Shown piece after piece: positions 37,101 to 48,460 of a stretch of DNA of 64,000 nt. Origin of the DNA: Takakia lepidozioides (taxonomy: Eukaryota > Plantae > Bryophyta); contig CM060732.1 of the NCBI GenBank assembly GCA_030704615.1, positions 38,812,001 to 38,876,000 of the forward strand. Reading direction: 5' to 3'. Both the position numbers and the translations under genes were made by a program. Each line of letters begins with the position of its first letter. The stretch's first letter is position 1. Below the pieces are notes generated by a model, which saw only the letters and a program-made list of their open reading frames with translations, did no database searches and was not told the DNA's origin.

Positions 37101-37649
37101 AAACTTCTGTGAGTAACGTTGTTATGGAGGGGTTTTTAGTTTCTTTGAACCTCACGTGTGCAGTGGAGGTTCCGGTGATCATGAGCGTAGAGACGGGTCA
37201 AATAGTGTTTGTTTCTCTTCCTGGGTCCTCATCTCTAGTAGCAACTGGGGACTGCCTTAATGTCTCCGGGGTTGGGACATGTCATGGACACCAATTATCC
37301 GCGTCAACCATTTCAGTGGTTCACATCTCTTGTGATAAAGCACACGCATTATGTCCTCTTCTTTATGGACATATGGATGTTGACACCTTGAAGGAGGCCA
37401 TTGGGACCCCGGTGGTGTGGAATGTTTGCGAAGTTCACCGGAAGAATAACGAGTATCAAGGGCATGACATCCTGATTTTACGTCGAAGACAAGGGAGACT
37501 GCCCATAATGCCGACGTCCACGAGGAGGAATCAAACCATAGACCATCGCAGAGTTCCGAGAATCCGAGTGGAGGACTTGGGAGAAACAACTGGAGAAACT
37601 TGTAGTGCGTACTGTTGGGTGATGATGGGGGTGCACTGTTTGAGGGGAG

Positions 37650-39583
37650 GATTCAAGCTTGCATTCCGGACGAGGTGATTCTCAATGACAAACTGGGAGA
37701 GGACGATGTTGCAGTTCTTGTCACCAGAATACTTACTGGAGGATCTGGATCTTTGATGTCCCTTGTGAAATGACCTTTAATAAAAACACGACTTTGGGAA
37801 AGTGGGAGACTGCTCTCAAATGATCTGGAGAATTTCATAAGATCTTTTGACAGTATCGAGTACGAAGATCACAAGGCAGGTGTGAAGAAAGCGGTGTATC
37901 GGCATTTTATGAGGAAGAAGAAGGATCGAGATTTGGAACACCCCAAAAAAATATGAAAATCTTACTCTAGAGGAAGTCCGATCCGTGAGCATCAAACATT
38001 GCTGCAGACTTCACTGCTGTCAATATTTTGATTGGCGAAAAACCTTGGCTATTCGTACTTCGTTTTGGGGATCCACTTTCGATGAGAGGAAAGAACATGG
38101 ACTAAATGTTTCAAACTTCACATGCTAGAAGGGACCTTTCGGAGGGCATACGTTACGATTGAGGGTATAGATGTTTGTGAGACGGCGTGGTGGACAATTC
38201 ACGGAATTGGGAGGTCCATATATATGGAGTACAAAAAGTTGCGTAAACAGGGTTGGTTGTCAAGTCTCCATGGGAACCGAGGAGTGAAGAGGCCACGCCC
38301 TCGGACACTGCAGGCAGAGGGTAACATTATATCCATTATCAACGGAAATACTAACCTCATGCCCCATAAGACAAGGTGCATTGGGGAGGGAAGGAGGGAT
38401 ACTTTGAGAGTCATACCACCTGAAATGAACTGGAAGCGAATACGAGAAAAGTCCAACGAGGTAAGAAATCTCTCTCCTTCAATTTCATTCCTGGAAGTTT
38501 TATCTGATTCAATGTGGATGACCTTCCCTTGGAATTTGTCTCTTTCACTGTGGTTCTAGTTTCATGAACCTCCAATGTCCAGTGGACGTTCTTTTCCTGA
38601 CCCTTCCTGATTGTAACAGATGAACAGACTTTTCGAGGTGAAATGAGTCTCGCAGTCCGCTGTTAGCCGCATCCGGAGTCGGGTATTTCCTAACGTGGAG
38701 GTTTGTAAAACTGGGAGCACATTTGCGAAGTGCACGGAGTGCGAAATGTTAAAGGACCTGATCAAAAAGTCTGTCAAGAGAAGTGCGGAACATGCGACAC
38801 ACAAACGAACGCTTGATAAACATTTGAGGCACCAAGAGTCATACAGAAGACGCCGTTCCAAGAAGGCCTATCTGGGGAGTCGGGGACGACTCATCCGAAA
38901 AACAGTCATTAATCAAGAATGAAATAAAAAAATACAGGGATTTTTGGACGAAAGGAATGATGCTTGACGATCATTACAGAGGTCGAATGGAACAATACGA
39001 CCAGTACTGGGAAACATTCTCGCCGAGCTGGATAAGCCAATTCTGGAAACTCCCGAGCGTACTCATCTGCTTGAGGGATTCTGGCCGAAAACAAAGTGGT
39101 CCACGAATCATCGCAGAGATGGAATCCATCCACAGATAGTGCCAGATGTGGAAGAAGAAGATGAAATCCCAGAACCTTACTGTGGCCCGGGGTGTGAGCG
39201 TCCAAGGATACCCTTGAATCCGTTCAAGGATATTGAGAAAGGGTTTTTTGTGCTCATTCGCCCTCATGACCTAACGACGTGCCCAGTCTGGATGGGGGTG
39301 GCAATATCTGACGTGATCCGCAAAAGGGAGGATCCTAATTTTAAGAAGGTGAAGGTGGAGTGGTGGAGACTGAGAAAAGGAGGTAGCCCAACAGACTTAG
39401 AAAGGTACAGAGATTGTTGGTAAAAACTTTAGGAGTATAACTTCAGATCCTCCTCAATGGATCCACGTGAACAATGTTGTGTGGACAATGCCTCCACGAA
39501 AAAATATGACAAGGAATAGCACTAAAAGAATTACTGCCGCCAAAGCAGTGAAGGAACACGCAAATTTGGAGAAGGCTACTTGA
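37650..39583 (+). pseudogene. DNA transposase relic, Sola/DUF7869-like, catalytic core apparently deleted
   Basis: HCCRLHCCQ, IEGIDVCETAWWTIHGIGRSIY...HGNRG, FAKCTECEML...HLRHQES, then an abrupt junction at ~38843 to a C-terminal FFVLIRP...PVWMG...VKVEWW domain. Many stops and frameshifts. Confidence 0.55.
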
Positions 39584-40789
39584 CAGTAAGAAGCGAGTCT
39601 GCGAATGAGTTGCAGTCCAACGACAAAATGTTGAGGTCAACTCCAGTACTTCGATTTAAGAAATAAATTTTTTCTTCTCTATATGGCATTTCTTGTTTGC
39701 GTTGGGGGCTCCTTTTTGTTATCTTCTTCTGTCGCACTGAACCTCGAATGTCCAGTAGACATTCTCGACCTTTGTTTCTGGTGTGCTGGATTCTGGCGCG
39801 TTGTACATTCTGTTCAACGAAAAAATACCATGTGGTGGAGTTTGGCCAACATAACATACAGATCAGAAAAACAAAAATGGCGGGCACGACCACTGGAGTT
39901 TCAAATTCGGTCAAAGTGGTTTTTAACATCGAAAAAAAAAAACAAAAAAAACCCATTTCCAGTTCTTCTCTCAATGATTGCACGCAGAACCAGTTCTCCC
40001 ACTGAAGTTTCCCACTAGGAGGACCCTTACCCAATCGTTGTTGACATACTTTTCAATTTGCCAGTCGTGAAGTTTTTTCTCTGAGGTTTTCTTCCATTTT
40101 CCCTCTAAGCTCTATGACTTTTCTGCACCAAATTTTTATTTCATTTCATTTTCATACTTCTCATCTTTGGCTCTGATTTTCTTGCATTATTTTACATGTT
40201 TTCTTCCGTTGTTCAAATTTTAAGCAATTTTTATTTCTCATAGTTTTTATTTGGTGGTCTGACTTTTTATCCTCTTTCATGTTTTTTTCGGATCTATTTC
40301 CTCCCATGAGAACCATGTGCTTCCCAAAGTCGTTATATAACGCCATTTTCTTTCCAAATCTCCTAGGGTGTACTTTCAGCTTTTTTTTTTGGCTATTTAG
40401 GATTTAGGATTGACATAGTAGCTTTTTTATACCTTGCTTTTTATGTTAGCATTACCCCTAAACCCTTACCATTTTCTGGAAATGGCCCATGAACTATTCA
40501 TACCATAACCATAGCCATAACCATAACCATTATGGTTATTGAAATGTCTTCTCCATTCACTTTTGCGCTAGGTTTTTCCTTTGTTTTGGATTGACATGCA
40601 CTTAGGCATGTTATAGTTTGCTTTATATGTTACTTCTTAATACCAGGTTTCAAGGACGAGTGTTTCATTTAAATACTTGTCCATAATATTAGGTTCTTCA
40701 TTCTTATTTTGCTTACTACCTTACTAACAACACTGAGTTCTAGCGGCTGGAGTCTTCCATAAGTGTTTGTCTATTTTGTAACTTAAACA

Positions 40790-40880
40790 AAAATCCTAAA
40801 CCCCTACCCTAAATCCTTACTATAAAACCCTTAACATTTATCCTTAACCCAATACCCTAGAACCCTTACCCTTATGGGTA
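40790..40880 (+). repeat. Degenerate telomere-like (CCCTAAA-related) tract
   Basis: AATCCTAAACCCCTACCCTAAATCCTTAC...ACCCTAGAACCCTTACCCTTA. Confidence 0.4.
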
Positions 40881-41619
40881 GATGCAGACTAGAGTGGCTC
40901 AGTTTGGACTGCAATTTGCAGTTTTCGACTGACTGCTTGTCATATTATTCTTCACCATATACACATACATATATATATTCATAACAAATGGACTTAGAAT
41001 GGGTTAGCCACTTAACATATGTACATGTGGGTACAATTATTTTGGAATCTCATGAAGCTATGGACTTTTGTAGGGAATTCCAATGGACTGTCACAGTCCG
41101 TTGGATGTCCCAAATGCCATCTGAAAAACCGATTTGTGCAAAACCAATTCATATATGGACTTTAAAACTAGATACACAATGTTTGAATCGGCACAAATAT
41201 AAATTTGTGAACAATCCCATTCATCCATCAAGACACTATGGACTTTTTTGTACAAAAACAAACCCCAAAAATGACGATTTGTCCATAGCATTTTGAAAAA
41301 TTCATATTTAGATGAAGATCTTTGCTAAAAATATGTATATTGTTATTGTCTCTAGGAGCTTATTGTTATATGGGCAAATTCATAAACTACAAGATAATAA
41401 TAAATAGCTATTATTTCTAAATAAGAGAAAAATATTTTTAAAAATTATAATAAAAAATATCTCAAATATTTGGGATGAGACCATTTACTAAATATGATTA
41501 GTATACCATTACCTATGAAGATAAAAATATATTTGAACAAATACCCTTAATTAATCTGTGCATTAAATTTTTTTCATGGACTTTCAGTGGAGGGCACATT
41601 TGGTGTGAGTGTTGAACCT

Positions 41620-41860
41620 GCAGACGAACGTGAACTCTCCATTGTCTAGTACGATCATCGCACACGAATGGCTCTAGAATCATCATACTGTCGACCCTAC
41701 CGGCGGAGTCGTGAACTTCTTTCTCCACATGCACAGTTCCAACTTGTGGATCCAAGCTTCTACAGAGGACAACCTCCCCCACGGTTGCCATCCCATTGGC
41801 ATCTGGCACTTTGGTGAGGGGGAGCGATTTGTAAGCACGGTAGAATTTTACCAACTCACC
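41620..41860 (-). pseudogene. N-terminal remnant of a second MULE transposase, homologous to the protein starting at 25059
   Basis: GMATVGEVVLCRSLDPQVGTVHVEKEVHDSAGRV...QWRV aligns by eye with GFAVVHELVLATQFRLENGSLFLQREVYDANGKL...QWRV. Confidence 0.7.
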
Positions 41861-42383
41861 TGTGAGAGCCATTCGCAAAGCAGAGAAGAGTACGGGTACA
41901 ATGTCCAACAAAGTATGCCAGCACTGGAGCAACGATCCGTACGTCTGTGGATAACAACAAACAACATGCTCGAAGCGCCCAGACAGGAATGTCACCGCCG
42001 ATGCATGGCTGGCAGGATGAGCAGTTTTCATTTCATTGTGCACCATGCCATCTATCCGCATCCATCCACATTACCCAACTGACAAGGTATCATATTTAAT
42101 CATTAACTGCCTGTATCCAACGGTTTTTTACAGATACCAGCCGTCCAGCCACCCTTCATTTTATCTTAAGATGTGATTTGTCATAACTGTAGATGAAAAA
42201 CAGCTAGGATGAAATTGTTTTACCCGTCAAGATTTCGAATGAGTAGGGGACGTGGAGAAGACACCACCACTGAAGCGACAACCAAAAATTCCACTTGTGT
42301 ACGGTTGATGATAGTAGGCGCATAAGCCAATTTTCTACAACCTTATTTTAGCGCAACTCTGAACCGCCCAGGGACAACGTGTC

Positions 42384-45300
42384 TTGCATGCAGATGCTCC
42401 ACGCCACCCCGCCGCTTCTCCACAAAATTGGCATCTTGGCGTTGTAGGGGCAGGGGAGAGGCAAGTGCACTCCCTCTTTCTCACACCACTTTTTTCCTTG
42501 CTAGCTGCAATCCTGGATCCTGTCGATAGTGAGACTCCCTCTCAAGCTAGAAGAAGGCGCCGACGAACTCTGTACTTCACATCTAACAAACAAAAGCTAC
42601 GGGCGAAGGAGAGAATGAAAAAGATCCGAAGGGAACTCATGTTGGGGGAGGAGACCGGGGAGGGAGAGGCCGGAGGAGCAGTTGCGCGGTAGTCTCCAGA
42701 GGGTTTAGCCGTAGTGGAGGAGGAGCCCAACAAGCTACAATCTTTTGAGGGCGGAGAGGAGGAACCTTGGACCCGCCTCCAACAACAGTCTCAGGTAGTC
42801 CACATAATGGAAGAGACACCGGCGGATGAAGTTCGTGGTTTTGTCACCCACCAGCCCCATCTTCTGGGACCTATCCTCCCACACGAACTGAAGGAGACGA
42901 GTCAGGCAGGAGACGCATCTTCGAGCGCTGCGAAGAAGCAAGCCGAGGTATGTTTGTCATTCCATTTGCCTTTGTTTTGCAACGACAGTAGTGATTCAGT
43001 CTATATGGTAGATCCCAATCAACCTTGCGTCAACGCAAGGTCGATTTGCTGCTAGCGGGAATGCCCGAGTCGTGAATGACGGACAATAAGATGGTTCTTG
43101 CCGGCAACCCCTCAATCAACCTTGCGTCAGCGCAAGGTTGATTCAGGTGACAGACACAGACATCCGAAACTTTTTTGAACGTTTGAAGCTCACAGAACAA
43201 CCTTGCGTTGACGCAAGGTTGTTTTGAGAGTCTTGTCAATGTTTCTCTTTGCCTTGACTCCCACCGTTGCAAGCCCCACAAACAAGCTTGCGTCAACGCA
43301 AGGTTGATTTGAGCTACAGTCCAGTGTCGTTTTGATCTATTTTTTTGTACGTTTGAAGCTCACCAAACAACCTTGCGTTGACGCAAGGTAGTTTGGGAGT
43401 CCTGTCACAGTGTCTATGTGCCTCCAATCCCACCGTTGAAAACCCCAAAAACAACCTTGCGTCAACGCAAGGTTGATTTGGGCTGTAGTCCAGTGTCATT
43501 TTGATCTACTTTTTTGAACGTTTGAAGCTCACCAAACAACCTTGCGTTGACGCAAGGTAGTTTGGGAGTCCTGTCAAAGTCTCTCTTTGCCTCCATTCCC
43601 ACCGTTGAAAGCCCCACAAATAACTTTGCGTCAACGCAAGGTTGATTTGGGCTGCAGTCCAGTGTTGTTTTGATCTTTTTATTTTTAACGTTTGAAGCTC
43701 ACCAAACAACCTTGCGTTGACGCAAGGTAGTTTGGGAGTTCTGTCGAAGTCTCTCTTTGCCTCGATTCCCACTGTTGCAAGCCCCACAAAGAACCTTGCG
43801 TCAATGCAAGGTTGATTTGGGCTGTAGTCCAGTGTCGTTTTGAGTTGTCGCAAGGTTGTTTTGGGCCAAGCCAGTGCATGTTTTACAGTCATTTTGTTTA
43901 ATACCAGACTTCGTGACTGATAAATCTTCCGGTTTTTAGCAAAGGAAAAGGAAAAGGAAAGACCTTGCCAAAGACGAAGCAGAGGCAGGGTATGAAGATG
44001 ATGAAGATTGCGTTGACGAACATTACGCAGACAGAGCAGAGGCTGTTATCGGGGGACAGAAGGTGAACTCTTCGAAGGTAATCCTGTCAATGGAAATTCC
44101 TGGTGGAAATCTCCTTATCCCACTGTGCAGAATGATATTGATGCCCACTGTTCGGCCAGCACTCAGAAACGACATAAGGAAACTCAAAAATTATTTTGTG
44201 CTTGGGTATGTGAAGGGTTTTGCGGTGTTCTATGTTTCCACAACTGACACGAATGGGAGAAGAGTGCCATGTATCTGAAGAGATTGAGCAAAGTTGGGAT
44301 CCATGTTGGCGTGAAGTAAACAGAGAGTTCGAGGCCAAACTATCCAAGAAGGCTTCCACGAAAGTTTTCATAGGGAAGATGTTTTTTGTATGGGATGGCA
44401 ATCACCGGTTGCTTGCCTGGATGGACTACATATCCGAGTTGCACTCTGACGAAAATGATTGGCACTGGAGCGTTCATTCTATGGTCCTGGATCACAAAGG
44501 ATGAATCACACAGCTGTTGACTACCATGCACGACATCAACAAGTAAGTTTTCCGAAGTTGTTGTGCTTTATGTGATTGCCTTGCTTTGTTTGTGGTTGTT
44601 TTCTTCTTAAATGGCAAAGTGACTATTCAATGCAGATCAAATGAAACCTCCCACGTAACAAACGACCTCTGCCACACCCTTTTCCGGGTTCAGAAGATGG
44701 GTATGATGCCACTGGAATCATTTGCAAACATGTTGAGTCCAAGTCAAATGAAGAGATGCAGGGAGAAGAAGCTCGTCACCTGGTATAGCCTGACAAGAAA
44801 GGAATTTCTTGACTACATGTACACAGTAAAGAAACCGAAACCGAATTTAAAGCTAGGCTAGTTTGTTCCCTCTATTCAATGGATGTGAATTTAAGGATCC
44901 TACATTTTGGATTGTTTGCAGGAAGAGATAGCGGAGACAGGCTTGGCGAAGGCCGAATACTACGCCACTCACAGAGGAGGAGAGGTCTGCTGTAGGGGTG
45001 GCGGAAGCAATCAGGTTTGAGATGGATAACCACAGAAAGAACCTGCTGAGTGCGTTTGACAAACAAATCCGCATTGCAGATCCCGGTCTCGGCTCAAAGT
45101 TCCTGGAGCAGGTGAAAGTGCACTACGACAAGTATGGAACTAAACCCGATATGACTCAAGAGAAACTGCATCGCCTGTCCATTTCAATGGTGGACCCCGC
45201 AACCAAAATCGGATGGTTGGAGATTTGGAACTCAGATCCTCTGGTGAAGGACACGTATGGGTTTCCAAGAACAGAGAAAGACCTCAAAACCAATGTGATA

Positions 45301-45672
45301 AAAGTGGTGGGTGACCACTCTTTCGACCAATGGCTTCACAAAGCTACATTCTGGAGCCAGGTGAGAGAAACAACCGATTCATTCTTGCAGTTTGCATTTT
45401 TCCAGAAATTCCGTGTTGTTCGCCTCCATAGCCTCACATTATTGTTGGGATAGCTGGAGAAGCGTGCTATGGCAGCACTGGGAGAGTCCTTGATTGACTA
45501 TAAAATCACCATGACAACACCTAGAATCTCTCTTGAGCAATACATTCGGAGATGGAAATGTGCAATATGGAACAACTGTTTCTTCAGGGAGTTTGAAAGA
45601 GACAAAGACATTTCCAGGTCGAATGAGTTCAACAATCAGTACAATAGCGAGTAAGCTATGAAGCGAGTCTTG
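42384..45672 (+). pseudogene. Second, degenerate copy of the ParB(-MTase) cargo gene, truncated before the methyltransferase domain
   Basis: Same peptides (RRRRRTLYFTSNK, VRPALRNDI, MFFVWDGNHRLLAW, QEKLHRLSISMVD, WNNCFFREFE) and same intron positions as the 18838-24410 gene. Premature stops at ~42690, ~44502 and ~45652. Homology ends ~45672. Confidence 0.92.
43018..43860. repeat. Intronic array of 10 palindromes AACCTTGCGT-(TG/CA)-ACGCAAGGTT, partly in a ~170-bp tandem repeat
   Basis: Copies at ~43018, 43115, 43196, 43283, 43367, 43450, 43536, 43622, 43706 and 43792. From 43196 on they are ~85 bp apart with alternating spacer orientation. Confidence 0.93.
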
Positions 45673-47600
45673 TCATGCTTTTTATGGATGTTTTCCAGAA
45701 CACGGGTGCATAGATTTGGCGTTCGGCTGATGAAGTCTACAAGGCATATATTCCATATCAACCTCTCAACGGCGTATGGTACTATGTTAAGTAGTTTCAA
45801 CATTCAGGGATCTTTCCTTGTCATCCTTGATGGAAAAAATAGGTTAAACTTAGCAAACCAGCCCCTCTGTTCTTACTTATTGTTCTCAGAGTGTCTTATG
45901 GTTGCAGGTGCCTAATTAATTCCAGCCAGCATTGTGAAGGTGGACTATCAGACCTACTTAGCCGTCAGCACCAATGGCTCCATTTCTCAACTAAATTTGT
46001 CGAGGTTTGCAATTTTTTTATTGTGGCTTGTATGGTCCTGGGATCTTCACCCTTGTATGTAATCATCAATGTTTGGATGGTAGCATCTTCTAGTGTTAGT
46101 TCATCTTTCTGCTCTCACCCCTTGGAACACTATGCGTGATGTTAGATCTTGTGGTCCTGAGGGTAGTCTATACAGGGTTGTTATCAAGGTAAGAGTTTCA
46201 CTTTTCCTACTAAGAATGAGTCCATCAGACACAAAAATGGCATTGTAGAGCTCCTGGATTGTCGATCTTGTCTCCCTTCATCACAAAAGAGGTGTTGAAG
46301 GTTTCATTCAGAAAAATGAATATGGTACAGGTATATGAATGGTTGGCTTAACGGTTGGCTTAAGTAACTTAGGAAAAATATATTTGTTGGCATGCGAAGA
46401 ATAAGGAGCGCTGCTCTGTGAAGTTCACGAGTGGTTGATCTCCCGAATGTGGTGCCCACCTTGGCCCACTAGTGAGGCGTATGAGCAAGCATGTACGTAT
46501 GTCTCTTTGTTTTTTTTTCCTTTGCTTCTTTATTGGGTTTTGGGTCACACATATGAAAGACTGGAAGATAAATAGCATACATGCTTATCTTATAAGGGAG
46601 TTTAATCAATTATTCTACACTAGTTCATTGCTAATAATGTAGTCCTTAAACTGAAAGTGTTTTAGTATTGATCCTTCTTGACTAACTTGATTGATCTAAG
46701 TTCAAGTTCCTTGCATCAGCCATAAGCAATTTATCATCAGCCATAAACAATTTGCCATCAGCTATAAGCAATCGGCTATCGACAAGGGTCACTTGGTATT
46801 TGTCGAAGTGACAAAGTAAAAGCTTCATCAGCTCATCAATGATTACACATTAAACTTTATTTATCAATTTTTGAGCTGCGATTTGTCTGATAGATAATAT
46901 TGTAATAATGTAATTATACATACCATTGTTTCAATAATGAATCATAAACATTATGTTAGTTTCTCAAAAAATATTTTATATGTAACGTAATAAATTTACT
47001 CTTTCAGTTTTTCAATATAATTGTTTTTCAGAAAATAGAATGTGTTCATTAATATTTTGGCAACATCAACATTTAACGGATCTGAAGTCAAATGATCCTT
47101 AGAGCGTCCTTCCATGTGGGAGGAGCTCCGCCCGCAGAAAAAAGAATTTGCCATATGCTAAAAAAAAATGGTTGGGTTCACTCAAGAATTTCCAATGTCA
47201 TGTGGATAGTTTTCGACTTTAGCATGACGTGGTAGAGGGTACTGCAGGAACGAGTGACTTTAGCATGACGTGGCAGGCAAGTACATGCTGCAATCAATTC
47301 GCGGTACTCAGCGGACAAGCTCCCTTCCCATTTTATTGGGCTGCGCCACTGACACGGAACCGGCCATTCTTGTAGTGGCGAATAATCCCCAGATTTCGAC
47401 CTCAAAAAATAAAATAAAATAATCTATCGCAAATCCATTGTTTTTTCATGGATGAAATTGCCAAAATTTCTCCAAACGAAAAATAAATTATGGATGAATT
47501 CGCCAAATATGGATGATGGCACATAGGTGGATGAATTATAGTGGATGAACAGAGTAAATGGCTACTCCTGCAAAACTCTGTAGCCACTAGTATTGTTTTG

Positions 47601-47888
47601 CATGACTGGACAGAGAATGGGTTGACACCATCCGAGGAGAAGCCGAGGTGGACATGTCGTGGGTCCTCCAAGAGAAAAGGCCACATCTCTTCAATATGCC
47701 TCCATGCTTGTGAATCTTGGCCCACACACCTTTCCCGGGGGGCCCCGATGCGAGGCGTGCCATCTCATGAGTCTGGCCAATTCGGGGCTTCGGTATTGTG
47801 CCCTCAACGGGATGATCGGAAAGTAATGCATTTTCTAGGATGAAATACCCCACGCCCCCCACATGTAATCATCCCATTAGCACACATA
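47601..47888 (-). mobile_element. ~290-bp CACTA transposase fragment, close copy of 15107-15397
   Basis: Near-identical sequence including QDSQAWRHIEEMWPFLLEDP and the adjacent intron sequence. Confidence 0.9.
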
Positions 47889-48169
47889 GGATGCATCGGA
47901 GAGTGATCGCGGATCCTCACCATAGCAAAGTCTCATTTGGATCCTTTTGTTGTATAGTTCTGAAACACTTAATGAAAATATTGACGATTTCAAAAATCAT
48001 TGTGTTCAGACTGCATGTCCGATTCCCTACATTTCTTCCGGCAACCTAAATGTATAATAAAAGCAGAAGAGACGCAAACTTAAGTAAAGAACCCTACAAG
48101 TAAATTATGCACACCAGCGAGCCGGGAACTTGAAGCCATGAAAACCCTGCCGTTTCTAACATTCCTATT

Positions 48170-48460
48170 GGGAATTTCTGCGCCGAAATAGCCCAGTGTG
48201 CGCCTTCATAATATGGGCCTTATAAAATTCCACGAAGGAATTACTGCACCAAAATATCACGATGGAAGCCTTCAGCACAAGGCACTTCAGCACATTCCAC
48301 TAGGGTATTTCGGCGCCGAAATAGCCCGCTCTGCGCCATAAAATACCGCAGTATATCACATTTTAAGAGGAGATTTCGGCGCCGAAATACCCCGGTGGAT
48401 GTCTTCAAAACACCACTTTAGCACACTGCTCTTGGGAATTTCGGCGCCGAAATACCAAGG
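48170..48460. repeat. Array of 16-bp palindromes ATTTCGGCGCCGAAAT at ~66-bp spacing
   Basis: Perfect copies at ~48308, 48373 and 48438, plus degenerate copies at ~48173 and 48240. Confidence 0.85.

Noticed and set aside
43018-43860. CRISPR-like appearance of the regularly spaced palindromes (also 20700-21323, 23237-23870 and 48170-48460)
   Set aside because: The context is eukaryotic and mostly intronic, with no cas genes. Spacers are either tandemly duplicated or irregular in length, and repeat orientation alternates.
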